Shown in pieces: positions 51,027 to 63,327 of a stretch of DNA of 64,000 nucleotides. Position 1 is the first letter of the stretch. Each line of letters begins with the position of its first letter. The notes below the pieces were generated by a model. That model made no database searches. It saw only the letters and a list, made by a program, of their open reading frames with translations, and was not told the origin of the DNA. This DNA comes from Squalus acanthias (Eukaryota): assembly GCA_030390025.1 (NCBI GenBank), contig CM059426.1, positions 5,642,001 to 5,706,000 on the forward strand, read 5' to 3'. The translations under genes were made by a program, and so were the position numbers.

Positions 51027-52596
51027 GTACAGGCAATTCATCCTGAACATCAATAACGGGAAAATCCCTTGCTCCAAATGCCCTGCAGGCATGGTCTAGA
51101 AATAGTAATTTCCTATCAAGTGACTAGCATATTCATAAAATAATCGCATCATATGATTCACTGTAAAAGATTAAAGCAGAAGGTACTAGGGCAGAAGTGC
51201 AAAAATGGGGCACCTGTCCAGATCTGAGTCTGTATTACATAGTATTGGATAGTATTTACAGCACAGAAACAGGCCATTCGGCCCAACAGGTCCATGCCAG
51301 TGTTTATGCTCCACACAAGCCTCCTCCCACCTTTCTTCATCTCACCCTATCAACATATCCTTCTATTCCTTTCTCCCTCATGTGTTTATCTAGCTTCCAC
51401 TTAAATGCATATATGCTAGTTGCCTCAACTACTTGTGGGAGCGAATTCCACATTCTGAACACTCTCTGGGTAAAGACGTTTCTCCTGAATTCCCTATTGG
51501 ATTTTTTAGTGACTATCTTATAGTTTTGGCCCCTAGTTCTGGTCTCCCCCGCAAGTGGAAACATCTCCTCTACGTCTACCCTATTAAACCCTTTCATAAT
51601 CTTAAAGCCCTCTATCAGGTCACTCCTCAATCTTCTCTTTTCTAGAGAAACGAGCCCCAACCTGTTCAATCTTTCCTGATAGGTGTAACCTCTCAGTTCT
51701 GGTAAATCTTTTTTGCACCTTCTCCAGTGCCTCTATATATCCTTTTTATAATATGGAGAAACTGTTCACAGCACTCCAAGTGTCGTCTAACCAAGGCTCT
51801 ATACTAGTTTAACATGACTTCTCTGCTTTTCAATTCCATCCTTCTAGAAATGAACCCCAGTGCTTTTTTTTGCTTTTTAATGACCTTATTAACGATCTGT
51901 ACCAGATCCCTCTGCTCCTCTACCCCATTTAGATACTTATTTTCCAAGGAGTATGTGGCCTCCATATTCTTCCTACCAAAATGTACCACTTCACACTTAT
52001 CTATATTGAAGTTCATTTGCCAATTACACGTCCATTCTTCAAGTTTATTAATGTCTTCCTGTATTTTGTCGCAGTCCTCCTGTATTAACTACACCCACAG
52101 TATTGTGTCATCCGCAAATTTTGAAATTGTACTTCTGATTCCCGAGTCCAAATCGTTTATGTTAATATTGAACAATAGTGGTCCCAGCACCGATCCTTGT
52201 GGAACACCACTTCCCACCTTTGGGAAGTCTTTAGTAATTACCTTTAACCCCTACTCTCTGTTTTCTGTTTTGTAGCCAGCTTGCTATCCCTTCTGCTACT
52301 TGTCCCCTGACTCCACATGTTCTGACCTTAGTCATGAGTCTACTATGCGGTACCTTATCGAAGGCCTTTTGAAAATCCAAATATATTATGTCTGCTGCAA
52401 TACCCTTGTCTACCCTTTCTGTTACTTCAAAGAATTCTGTAAGGTTGGTCAAGCATGACCTTTCCTTTGGAATCTGGGCTGACTATTCTTTTTTATATTT
52501 TCAGTTTCTAGATCTTTTTCTATTACATCTTTGAGAAAAGATTCCATTGTCTTTCCTACCACCGGCGTTAAGCTAATTGGTCAATCGTTCCCTGGG

Positions 52597-53334
52597 ATAA
52601 AAACAGAAAATGCTGGGAATACTCAGCAGGTCAGGCAGCATCTGTGGAGAGAGAAACAGAGTTAACGTTTCAGGTCGATGACCTTTTGTCAGAACTGGAA
52701 AAAGTTAGAGATGTAACAGATTTTAGGCAGGGAAAGGGGGGAGGGGAGGAAAGAACAAAAGGGAAGGTCTGTGATAGGGTGGAAGGCAGGAGTGATTAAA
52801 TGACAAATGGTATAATAGTACAAAGCAAAAGGAGATGGTAATGGGACAAGAAAGAAACAAAAGATGAGTCTAGAAGAGGTGTAAATGGGAATGGCAGAAT
52901 CATCAACAGCTGCCATGTGAAAAAATAGGGGCAGAGGTTATGGTCTGAAATTGTTGAACTCGATGCTGATTCCAGAAGGCTGTAAAGTGCCTAATCGAAA
53001 GATGAGGTGCTGTTCCTCAAGCTTACGTTGAGCTTCGTTGGAACAACGTAAGAGGCCGAGGTCAGAGTGGAGTGGAGAATTAAAGTGACAGGCGACCGGA
53101 AGCTCGGGGTCACACTTACGGACTGAACGGAGGTGTTCAGCAGAGCGGTCACCCAATCTGCATTTGGTTAGATCTGTTACATCTCTCAAACTTTTTCCAG
53201 TTCTGATGAAAGGTCATCGACCTGAAATGTAACTCTGTTTCTCTCCACAGATGCTGCTTGACCGGCTGAGTGTTTCCAGCTTTTTCTGTTTTTATTTCAG
53301 ATTTCCAGCATCCGCAGCATTTTGCTTTTGTATA
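52597..53334 (-). mobile_element. Penelope-like element 3' part (GIY-YIG C-terminus) between inverted pseudo-LTRs, 10-bp TSD
   Basis: RLGDRSAEHLRSV..LPVACHFNS...RKLEEQHLIFRLGTLQPSG is the PLE endonuclease end. Arms about 52597-52722 and 53172-53295 are inverted. GTTCCCTGGG at 52587-52596 and 53335-53344. Confidence 0.9.
53199..53234 (+). ncRNA. Hammerhead ribozyme-like motif with a mutated stem III; second copy on - at 52660-52696
   Basis: AGTT-CTGATGA-A-AGGTC-atc-GACCT-GAAA-TGT-AACT. The - copy has GAAA-CG-TT-AACT but CTGACAA. Confidence 0.55.
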
Positions 53335-54114
53335 GTTCCCTGGGCTTGTTCTATCTCCCTTTTCATATATAGGAATCACATTAGCTGTCCTCTGGCACTA
53401 TTCCCTTTTCTAATGAATTTCTATATATATGTAATAGTGCCTCTGTGATCTCTTCCCTTTTAATATGCGCAGATGCAAACCATCCGGATAAGTTTAATTT
53501 GTTTATCAATGATCTCCACCCTTTCTATCTTAAATGTCTTTATATCTTTTTTAATCTCTGTCATGACAACCATGTTACTCTCCCTGGTAAATACCGAGGC
53601 AAAGTAATTATTTAATATTTCTGCCATTTCCCTGTCATTCCCTGTGAGTTTATCCTGTGTATCCCTTTGTGGCCCTATCCCTATCCTGACTTTTCTTTTG
53701 TTATTTGTGTCTGTAGAATACTTTACTAATTCTTTCTATATATCATGATAATTTACTTTTGTAGATTCTCTTTGCCTTTCTAATTGTTTTTTTTGACTTC
53801 TTTCCTAATCTTTTTGTATTCCCTTTTGTCATCCTCCTTTGCTGTCTATGTACTTGGTGTATGCCTTTATCTTTAGTTTCAATTTGGCCCTTATTTCTTC
53901 ATTCATCCTTGGTATGTCATTACTAGCTAGTTTGTTTTTGCTTTTTAGTGGGATGTATTTCTCCTGGACGCTATTGATCCTCGTTTTAAATGTTTCCCGC
54001 TGCCGTTCTATTTCTATGTTTGTCAGTAAATCTTTCCAGTTTATTTTTCCTAGTTCCGTTCTTTTTCCCCCCATAAAATCGTTTTTTTCCCCCAATTTAT
54101 TTACTTTCACCTTT

Positions 54115-54400
54115 TGAACATTCCCGATTTTAAATGCTCCACCATTGCCGGTCGTGCCATCAGCTGCCTAGGTCCTAAGCTCTGGAATTCCCTCCCTAAA
54201 TCTCTCTGCCTCTCCACTTCTCTTTCCTCCTTTAAGACGCTCCTTAAAACCTATCTCTTCGACAAAGCTTATGGTCATTTGCCCTAACATCTCCTTATAT
54301 GGCTCGGTGTCAAATTTTGTTTTTGGTAACACTCCTGTGAAGCACCTTGGGATGTTTTATTACGTTAAAGGTGCTATATAAATACAAGTTGTTGTTGTTG
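54115..54400 (+). mobile_element. L2 LINE 3' end with (TTG)n tail
   Basis: Peptide remnant GPKLWNSLP...FKTLLKTYLFDKA; tail ctatataaatacaagttgttgttgttg. Confidence 0.85.
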
Positions 54401-54794
54401 TCTTGTGTCCTTCTCAATCTTTATCTTAAACATTATTATGTTGTGATCGCTATTGTCTACAACTTAATTGAGAGAGGGGAACCTTCAAAAGCCACAATAG
54501 GGTTTTATATCTAAAGAACATAATCAAAATTAAATGGATCTATTTAATATATATTGCCCATTGAATTGCTAAAATTATAAATTCTACCAACAATTGTTTA
54601 GCATATCATTTAGAAAAAGGGATTTGTAAAAATTAATTTCATCTACAGTATCATTCCTGAGGAAACGCCATCTGCCTTTTCCTGTCCACCTGTAGCTTGG
54701 TGCTGTTTCTCAGGTTGCACATGGGACATTGATGGATGGACTGTGTTCACTTTTGTGTCCATCACTCCCACTAACTTAATGTCTTCTGCATTCA

Positions 54795-55175
54795 GCAGGA
54801 GAAGCTGATGGACCAGGAAGGCCTAGATTAATTTTCCTTGGTCTGTGCTGTGTTAACTAATCTCAGCCATGTGATGGGGGCTCTACAATTGGTTTCAGCA
54901 CATATTGGCGAGTTTTCTCATTTATAATCACTGTCTTGACCCCTGCTAGAAAGTGCACATTTATGGGCATTACACAGGACAAGATTGGACTCCACTGTGA
55001 TGCCCTCATAAGAACATAAGAAATAGGAGCAGGAGTCGGCCATTCAGCCCTTATGGTAAAGTAACCTGCTGGTGCACTGTCTAGATTTGCATATGAAGAA
55101 TGACCACGTGGAACAGATACTAAAAGGCCACTTGTATTTATGGAACTGTTACTGCCTTGGGAGAGGAAGGAAATT
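54795..55175 (+). mobile_element. Old SINE family copy with a short CR1-tail insertion (about 55008-55050)
   Basis: Family core ggtctgtgctgtgttaactaatctcagcc; insert ataagaacataagaaataggagcaggagtcggcc. Confidence 0.6.
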
Positions 55176-55436
55176 GGCAGTGGGGCACCTACAAGCTCCA
55201 GCATTTTTTAGTGTTGAAGTGCTAATTGGAGTTAAATTGTGTCGCAGCATGGAGATTCGTCAATCTCGCATACCTGCTAGTGGCCATTGCCGGAGCAACA
55301 TTGATGGCTCGGTTGACTGATGATGAGGCAGATCCTTAAAAGAAAGTTGGATCCTTATCAAAAATGTGAATTTAAAAAGCTAAAGGGACTTCAAAAATGA
55401 GTTGTCATCATTTTTTTTTTAATTGCTTGCAAACAG

Positions 55437-55635
55437 GTGCACTCAGACTAGACCTGGTGTCATTCAGAGCTGTTCAGCATGGAAGCAGAGTTCTCATTCA
55501 TACTGCCTCAGCAGCAGGGCGCAGCAACAGCAAATGCATTCGTGGGCTGCCGTTTCCCAGCCAACCTGGAGTGGGCCGCCGGAGGTTGTTGACCTCACCC
55601 TTGATGAAGACGCTAGACGCAGATACTTGCTGTGA
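55437..55635 (+). CDS. ARK2N: ARK2N last coding exon ending PEVVDLTLDEDARRRYLL*
   Basis: Acceptor aaacag|G completes AGG (Arg). The C-terminus matches C18orf25 (EVVDLTLDEDSRRKYLL). Total CDS is 742+177+127+199=1245 nt, or 414 aa. Confidence 0.95.
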
Positions 55636-57619
55636 GGAATCATGTTGTGCTGTCTTTGTTCTGTGGTGCAGGAAGAGGAGAAAAAAAAACTTGCTTGGCA
55701 TCTCCTTTCTATTGTTCACAAAAATTTGAAAAGTTATTATTTTGCTTTTTTCATTGAGTGGAGTTTCTGTAGTTTCCACCATTTTAGTACTTTCCAAAAA
55801 GGTATGTTTCACAATTGTCCTAAAATGTCAATACATCAGCATTGTGGGGTCCATATTGGGAGAGAGTGTGTTTCTCAATGGCTCTTTAATTTGTATTTTA
55901 CTTTGTGCCAGGTGTTTTAGTAGGTTACAGGATTCACATTACACATACCTGAATTGGAATTAGACATTTTATGATCAGAGCTAAACTTGGCACTTAGATG
56001 CTGTTACCAGGCTGGAGCTGGATGCACTATAAATTTTTGCAGCAAGTAAGTAGTTCTCCCTTTTTTTCTTAAATTTCAGAGCTAGTCCAGCAGAAGCTGA
56101 ACATACTTGTTTGAGACTAGTGACAGGGCCTCCTGCTTCTGAGCTCCAAGTGTGTAGTGCCGGGCCACTTTAATTACAAAATGTGCCAGCGTTACAGTAG
56201 AAGAGGATCCTTTGGCCTATGATACTGATTGGGTGTCCTTAATGATGTACAGACACGAGGGGAAATTTAAATCAATCATCAGCATAATGGCACTGCCTAT
56301 TTAATCTGGCACGGAATCCAAGTTTATTAGTCGCTTAATCCCACACTTCATTGTGCTAAACGTGATCTGATGGTTAGTTCGGCTAATTCAGTCATATGGA
56401 GATTGCCCAGTTGCTGAGTAAAAGTAGTTATGTCTGTCTGACAGGTGCACCTTTCATTCACATTCATTTTCAACAGCTCTCCACTTATTAACCTTAATGT
56501 TTGCAGTCGGTTTCTCTGCTGCTACCTGGGAGCCCTGCAGTTGCAATTGCAATATAAAGAAATTAGAACTGACGGAATGGTTTCCATTCTTACCCCAATA
56601 GACTTGATGTCAGTTATTATCTCAATATAACAAATGGCTGAACTCTAGCCACTTAAACATATTTATAACATTAACTCTCTTTTCCCCATCTTAATGGTTT
56701 TTGTAATAATTCCCATAATGTCCAGTGGAGTTTAGTATCTCTTATCGCTGGCAGCATCAAGTTATTGACGTAACTGGCAGTAATTTAAAATAAAATCTTC
56801 AGCTACAAGGGAATTGTGTATTTGCAACCAGTTCGAGAGGAAGCTGATTATGAAATTTGTTAGAATTAGAGAAGTGTTGCCCTTTTGTCCAACCTCCTCA
56901 TTGACCCCAAGGAACACTGAAAGGTTAACAACTGTTGTAATTTAAATAGTGACTAAAAAAAATCAGGAAAGTTCCAACAGATCAACAATGAAGTTCTTGT
57001 GCAACCTCCCGATTGGACAGGAATATGTTAATGATGCAACTTGGTTGGAGAGGTTGTGTGTATAAAGTTACAGATAGGGCCAATGGGGAACTCTTACTTT
57101 GAAAGCAGTTAAAAGCTGCTGCTGATGGCTTATCCTGACATCTGCATCTGAGCTACTGCTGCTGTGAAGGGTGATGAGCAACATACATTTTTGAAAGATC
57201 AAGAATTAAAAGTAGTAATTTGCATGCTTTTTCTCCCCACACGACTATTTTCAGGGGTAGTTCTTGGAACAGCCAGGAAAGCACCGTTCTTAAAAACTCT
57301 CATGGTCCCACCATGTTTGCCACCCAAAAGAATTTTGCACGTCAGCAGTAGCAATTTAATGCTGCTCAAACTTTTGCAACTTGCTTTTCCCCCCCAGGCA
57401 TTTTGGTAATTTGTAGTTGCAAGCATGGTTGTCATTCATGACATGCCGTCCGCTGTTTGTGGTGGCTTAAAATCAAATGTGTTAAATCTTGCAGTAAACT
57501 TGGTGCATGGCACTGTAATAGTTGTGCAACAAGGTATGTTTCACAGGGCACTTGCTTTACTTTTGGTGCTCAGATGAGTTTTATTTGGTGAAAAGCACCA
57601 AAAATGAAAGGGGAGCTCA

Positions 57620-58010
57620 CTGGGTAATTGCATCGGAAGTTGTGGTACTGGTTCACACAGATCAAGAGATTCTCAGGTTTATGCTGTTAGCTGATCTCAG
57701 CTTGGACAGTGTGGGTGCTACAGTTGCTTTCAGTGCCCCTGCTCGTGATCTGTGCTAGAAAGTTATACGTGTGCACTTCAGGGGAAGACAGGATTGGGAT
57801 TGGTTGTGATGATTGCCCCGTGGTTGAGTAGCCTACCGACCCTGTGAATCATAGAATCTTACAGCATAGACGGAAGTCATTCGGTCCATCGTGCCTGTGC
57901 CGGCATTTAGTCGCACTCTCCTGCTCTTGCCCCATAGCCCTGCAAATTGCTTGCATATAAAGAATGGCCAATTGACAGAAGTACTGGAAGGAAGTCGGTA
58001 TCTAGGAGCC
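57620..58010 (+). mobile_element. Old SINE family copy with a CR1-tail insertion (about 57846-57948)
   Basis: Core gctgttagctgatctcagc...ggtgctacagttgctttcagtgcccct; insert gaatcatagaatcttacagca. Confidence 0.6.
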
Positions 58011-61000
58011 ATACAATCTCCCCACACCTGCTGGACAAAATGGGAAGAAGAAATTTTGGTTTATACTTTGATCTTTTTTCTTTTTAAATCTGGCTTAATA
58101 GATCTGCTCGCTTCCTAATATTTAAATTGTCATTTTGGAATCAAGACTCCAAAGAAAGTTAGGCTATCTATCCTGTTACATGTTTGTTGTAGCATTGTGC
58201 TAAACGGCAATTTTAATTTATTCATAAAGTTGCTAAAAATGGGCCCTGCTGGTGGAAGCAGTGTTGAGTATTTCAGCAGCCTTCAATTACAGGCCTGAGA
58301 CTGTTTCTCAACCCACCAACTAAGTTGTCAGATGAGCTGGCATTCCATCTTAGTGAAGAGTAGCGAACAAGTACCAAGAGGGTGTTGCTGGAGCCTTTAA
58401 ACAGAAACCTACCTTTTTGGTCACAAGTGTAAATGATCATCCTGAAAAGTCACTAAAACCCTAGTGTGTGTGGTAACAGTGTCTGAATTTTGTTTTAATT
58501 TGTGTTTGTCTTTATGCTTTTCCCCCAAACTTTTAGTAATCAAAGTTTTGTGCATTTTTGTTTTAGGAAGGAGTCTGAGCAACAATAGATTTTTTTTCTG
58601 AGTTCTACTATCCTGCAGCTAGTATCTAATGTCAACCACCATAGGTTGTTTTAATCAGGGCGTATTAGGAAGTGTTCGAATATTGGTGCAGGATCTCTAA
58701 TGGTATCAAAATGATTAGATCCCAAGACGAAGCCTGATGCTCTGCTCTTGACTATTGCACAGTGATTTCTATCTCTAGAGGTTGCTACTGAGCTGTACGG
58801 AGGCTGTAGTAGACTCTTGTCTACAGGTTCCCAGACTATGAGTGATACTCAGCTTCCTGTGGTGCATGGGTTTAAAAAAAAACAAATTAAACAACCCTCC
58901 CCTGTCAAAATAGAGGCAAAGAATCCAGTTGTCATTCAGTAATGTAAGTTTTTGGTTGTGGATTTAAGTACTTTAAAAGGGTTTATTTACGTATAGGACA
59001 AAAGGGGGCATTTTATATACAAGATATCACATAACCTCAAGATACATAGTGGCATGCTTAAAACACAACATAACCTGTGTTCTTAACAGCTTAGCTGGTG
59101 TTCATGGAGATAGTTTTACTCTTTGGCAAGTTTTTCTTTGGCAGACAGGTTTATGTAACCATCAGGTGACCGGAACTGAAATAGTATTTGTTCTGTCTAA
59201 TTTGAACTGAAAACTTATTGCACCATGTGGTTTGAACCAAGCTCATATTGTGCCACCTTGTTTGAGCCTGGTCTTAGATACCTAGCTGCATGTCACTGGG
59301 CAATAATAGACTCCTCCACCTTATAGGATTAGAAACCAGTAGGTTCTATCATTACTAGTACCCAATGATGATGCTGTTTCTACAGAGAAATGCTGGCACC
59401 CCCTTGTTTTAAAACATTGAATTTTAATGTGGATACTTTGAGGTAGAATAGTGCCTGATGTGATTTGGCAATGCACTTCACTGCATGATGTATTTGCTAA
59501 GTCACCAGTGGCCCCATGAGTTGGGATCCTGTTTATATTGATTGTGAGAGGTATTTTCATTCAATCAACAAAACAAAAAGTTTCACAGTGAGCCACAGGG
59601 GCTCCTTGACCCCACCCACCCCAAACTTTGAATACAATTGCTTCCGACTGTGGAGATCTCATCACTTGGGCGTGCAGGCTTCATTTCCAATGAATTTCAT
59701 CAGCTTTTCGACCTTTGTGCAATATTGTTGCAATAACAGAGTGTTCCACCTCAGGGCAAAGAGAAATAGCCATAGTTTGTGTCTTTGGGCGGGGTAAATA
59801 AAACTTAAGACCTGGAATGAAGAAGTTACTCATTGGGCAGCTGAGCCTTTTCCAGCTACTGAGGTTTAGGTTAATGTGGGTGTGCTTGCCCACTGGAGAG
59901 TAACTTTCAATTCAGTAGCGGGGAGAGCGCGGCTCCAGTGGGGGGAAAAGGGTGAAGAACCTGCTGTTAGGGCAGAGGCTGTTGAAAGAAATGTTACTAC
60001 ATTAAGATTTGTTTGGTATGCTCTTGAAACCTCACCTATGTCGACCAGCAAAAGGGAATGCTGGCTTCACAGTCCAAGGAGATAAGCAAATCAAATTATG
60101 GCAATAAATAGCCACGGATCCTCCTCCTCTGTTTGACAGTTTGCACTCTGCCTTAACCCAAGTTGTGGCTGGGCTACCGTGGCAAAGTACAAATCTGTAT
60201 CTGGTTGAAGTTGAACTTAGTCAGGTTACTGAGCAGAATGAAGTATTATTTAAACAAGTATTACATCTGGAACACTTCTGATCTTAATCAGACTAAAGTG
60301 TAATATTTTGTGCATCCCTGCATTATCCTGTCCACCCGACCCACACTGCGCCCCCCACCCACTCGTATTGCATTCTTTCTTTTCCTCAAGCATAATGGAC
60401 CTGCCCCTACCTAAAGCTGGAGATCTGGATCCCAATACTTTGGGTTTTTTTTAAAACTGTTCCTACAAAATATTTGCTTTTTCTTTACAAAACATAGGCC
60501 AATACCACTAACATTTTTCTAGTTCTCAATACAGATTTGTGTGCAAAATTACTGTCACTGATAATTGGAAATTCCCATCTAATGCTCTCCATTCTCCCTT
60601 GCTGTATATGTGCACCAGCATTTGAGGATAGTCATTTTGTTTAATGAATATCCTATGAGTGACGAGCTCATACAATCAGTATCTAACAGGTGAAGATTCC
60701 CAATGACTATTTGCTTCGGTTTTATAAGCACTTAATGTTTTGTAGCAGTTTTAGAAACCTGAAAAATAGTGGTGGACATTGAGTTTAAAGTGTGTGCATG
60801 ATGCTTTCCTCATCAGTGAAACCTGTGAGGAAACTGCAATACAATGCTGCTATCCAATTCCATGTGACTATTAAGACATCTAGTCCCCCCATTACAAGGC
60901 GTTTGCTAACAAGAAAAGGGGGGTAGTGTATGTACTTGATAGTCCTTGTCAAATACTGTGCTCCTGAATCTTTCTAACTCAGCTCTGAGCAGTAACTGCA

Positions 61001-61314
61001 GCAGAATTAAGGAAAGGACAGTTGAGGGTAGCTCTTCACCCGACACACTCGACTTGTGATGCAGTGTGCAGTATGAATCACTTGCGTCATTTCAATGTGT
61101 TGCCACCAGTAGAGAGTTCTTCACTGATTTGTGAAGCTGCAGAAAGAATAAGTAAACAAGACGGGAGATTAAACAGTGGCAGAGACTGATGGAGCAGTTA
61201 CAGTGGCCTCTGCCCATACAGTATTGGGGTCTGAGCCGAGTGAGTAAAAGAATTTGTCCTTTAGATTGATTTTCCTCACCTTTACTTTTTCCATTAAGGT
61301 ACAAAAGTGGCAGC

Positions 61315-61715
61315 TTCCTCAATCACTCAGTAGGTGTGTGCACCATATCGTGTGATACTGAGCCATACACATCAGGCATTGTCCAGGTTTGATCTTGGTC
61401 TCTCCTGAGTAAATTGACCTGAGCTCAGTTGGAGGTGGGAGCACTACAATTAATCTTAGTGTGCCAAAGCTAGAGAGGGGGAAAAAAGCTAGTGTTCTCA
61501 TCTCTGGATCACTATTCAGCGATCCCTGCTGAAAAGTGCACACGTGTAGATGCCGGGTGAAAACCGGATTAGGCTCAGCTGTGATGCCCCCACGGTAAAA
61601 TAGTCTGACTATAATCTAATACCCACTTATATGATGGATTGGAGGGCTACCAGTGTCCATGGGATCCTACCCCAGTATGAATCAGGATCCTGGAGGGGGA
61701 AGCTTGGGAAGGAAG
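61315..61715 (+). mobile_element. Old SINE family copy (most complete)
   Basis: tRNA-like head followed by the family core ...cgatccctgctgaaaagtgcacacgtgt...ggattaggctcagctgtgatgcccc. Confidence 0.6.
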
Positions 61716-62553
61716 TATAAGGAGCTGTTGAGTAGATCACAGTTGTGCTTGAAGGACGATTCTCTTGGGCTGATAACCACTGTAAGAACCCCAGATGGCG
61801 GGCAGCTTCCCTCGGTGCATGAAGTTTTGCATTATTCGGACTGGAACTTCTGCTCTGGTTGCTGGGAGAATCACAAAGAGCCATAAAAGACAAGGTGAGG
61901 TATGAATTAAGGGGAGATACAATCTAATGGCATCAACAGTAACACTCAAGAGGGTATTTGCTTATCTGCTATTTAGGGGTATTTAGTGCAGAATTTCACC
62001 ATGTACCAAAACAGGGCCCTAGTGTGTCACAAGCCGAACCATACATGTTCACCACCACAAACATTACTGCTTAAATTTAAATCTGGATAGCTAGGCAGGG
62101 CGAGGGTTATTCTGTGTTTTCAGAACCACCTTCTGTTTGACATTTTGTTTAATTTTTCTGTCAAATTCTTTTGCGTGGGAATGGAATAAAGTTTGCTGTT
62201 ATTTTCTACTGAAAACAGGCACACACGATGGTAACGGCAAGATCAAAAAGATTTGAGGTATTATATTGCTTGTAAGTAAGTTTTATTAAAGCATAAAAAT
62301 TGTATAGAATTATTACGAGTTTTATGCGCAATATAAGGGAGCAATTCTAAATAATCCTCAGCATGTAAATTTAAGATCTGGTGAGATTGCACTAATTATG
62401 GATTTGTTTTTTTTTGCCCCCTCTCAGTATTGATTGTTTTTTTGGAAAAATGTAAATACTGTTTGTGCTGCCTTGTCTGGAGCTGTGGTGGCAGTGTATA
62501 GATTTTTAACTGTTATGCAGTGATTATATGAAATAGAAAAATTGAGAAAGGAG

Positions 62554-62559
62554 AATAAA
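62554..62559 (+). terminator. Candidate distal poly(A) signal of ARK2N
   Basis: AATAAA preceded by TGTA motifs, including TGTAAATA at 62451-62458, and followed by U/GU-rich sequence. Confidence 0.45.
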
Positions 62560-63327
62560 AATTTAACTTTTAAACATCATTGTTGAAGGCTGACTTTTTT
62601 TGTAACGATCTGTTGATCCTCTTTTAGTTGCTCTGGGTAGTTGTCAAAAATATTCGCACATAATCCATACTCTTTTGAATTTTGTGCTCATCATGACTTG
62701 TGTTCTCAAATTCATATTGGAGTTCCCCAAAGTATTGTTGCAGTATTTCCTATGTGGTTTCAAATGTCATAAAACTCAGAATCACCACATCCAAAAGTAT
62801 CAGAATTCTTAAAGATGTGTTACAGTGATTCACAGTTACACACAGGGCACTATGAGCAGTAAGGTTTAGCTGCCGTGCCTGAGTGACTGGCCTCCTCATG
62901 CCCCACCCCTCAATGCTGACACTGAGGGCTGCATCTCCACAGGGCTGTGGAAAACTCACATGCAAGGAAGCTTCGCTTTTGCTTCTTAAATTTGACCATC
63001 TGTAAAGAAATCTTTTAAGTATTAATATATATTAATGTTGTACACATCCACGCTGATGGCAGGACTGCATCCTATAGAATACCACTCATCGAGATCAGAG
63101 GAAGCAAGGCTGAGCTGAGCTGAAAGACATAAGAGATGGGGAAATTAGGCATGAAGATGAAAATGAGGATTTGCAAATAAATGCAGATGCATCTAGCCAA
63201 TCCAGCACTCTGAAGAAGAGTTGATCAAGAGATGACTTGGTCCGGCAGTGGATTTGACACTGGCCTTCCATCACTGGGAGCTGGCATCAAATCCAGCCCA
63301 AACTGATGAGCTGAAAACGCTTTGTCT

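Larger units (their letters stand above)
51240..54115 (-). mobile_element. Long CR1 LINE (ORF2 remnant), interrupted by Penelope-like and L2 insertions
   Basis: Reverse-strand peptides IYLDFQKAFDKVPH, MNFNIDKCEVVHFG, FTQRVFRMWNSLPQ and PIYEKGDRTSPGNY. Confidence 0.92.

Noticed and set aside
55600-55625. Cryptic donor allowing read-through to RNF165
   Set aside because: GAAGACGCTAGA has no GT and only a poor GC-type match.
63225-63327. LF-SINE-like head
   Set aside because: Resemblance is short and cut off by the L2 insertion; not enough to call.
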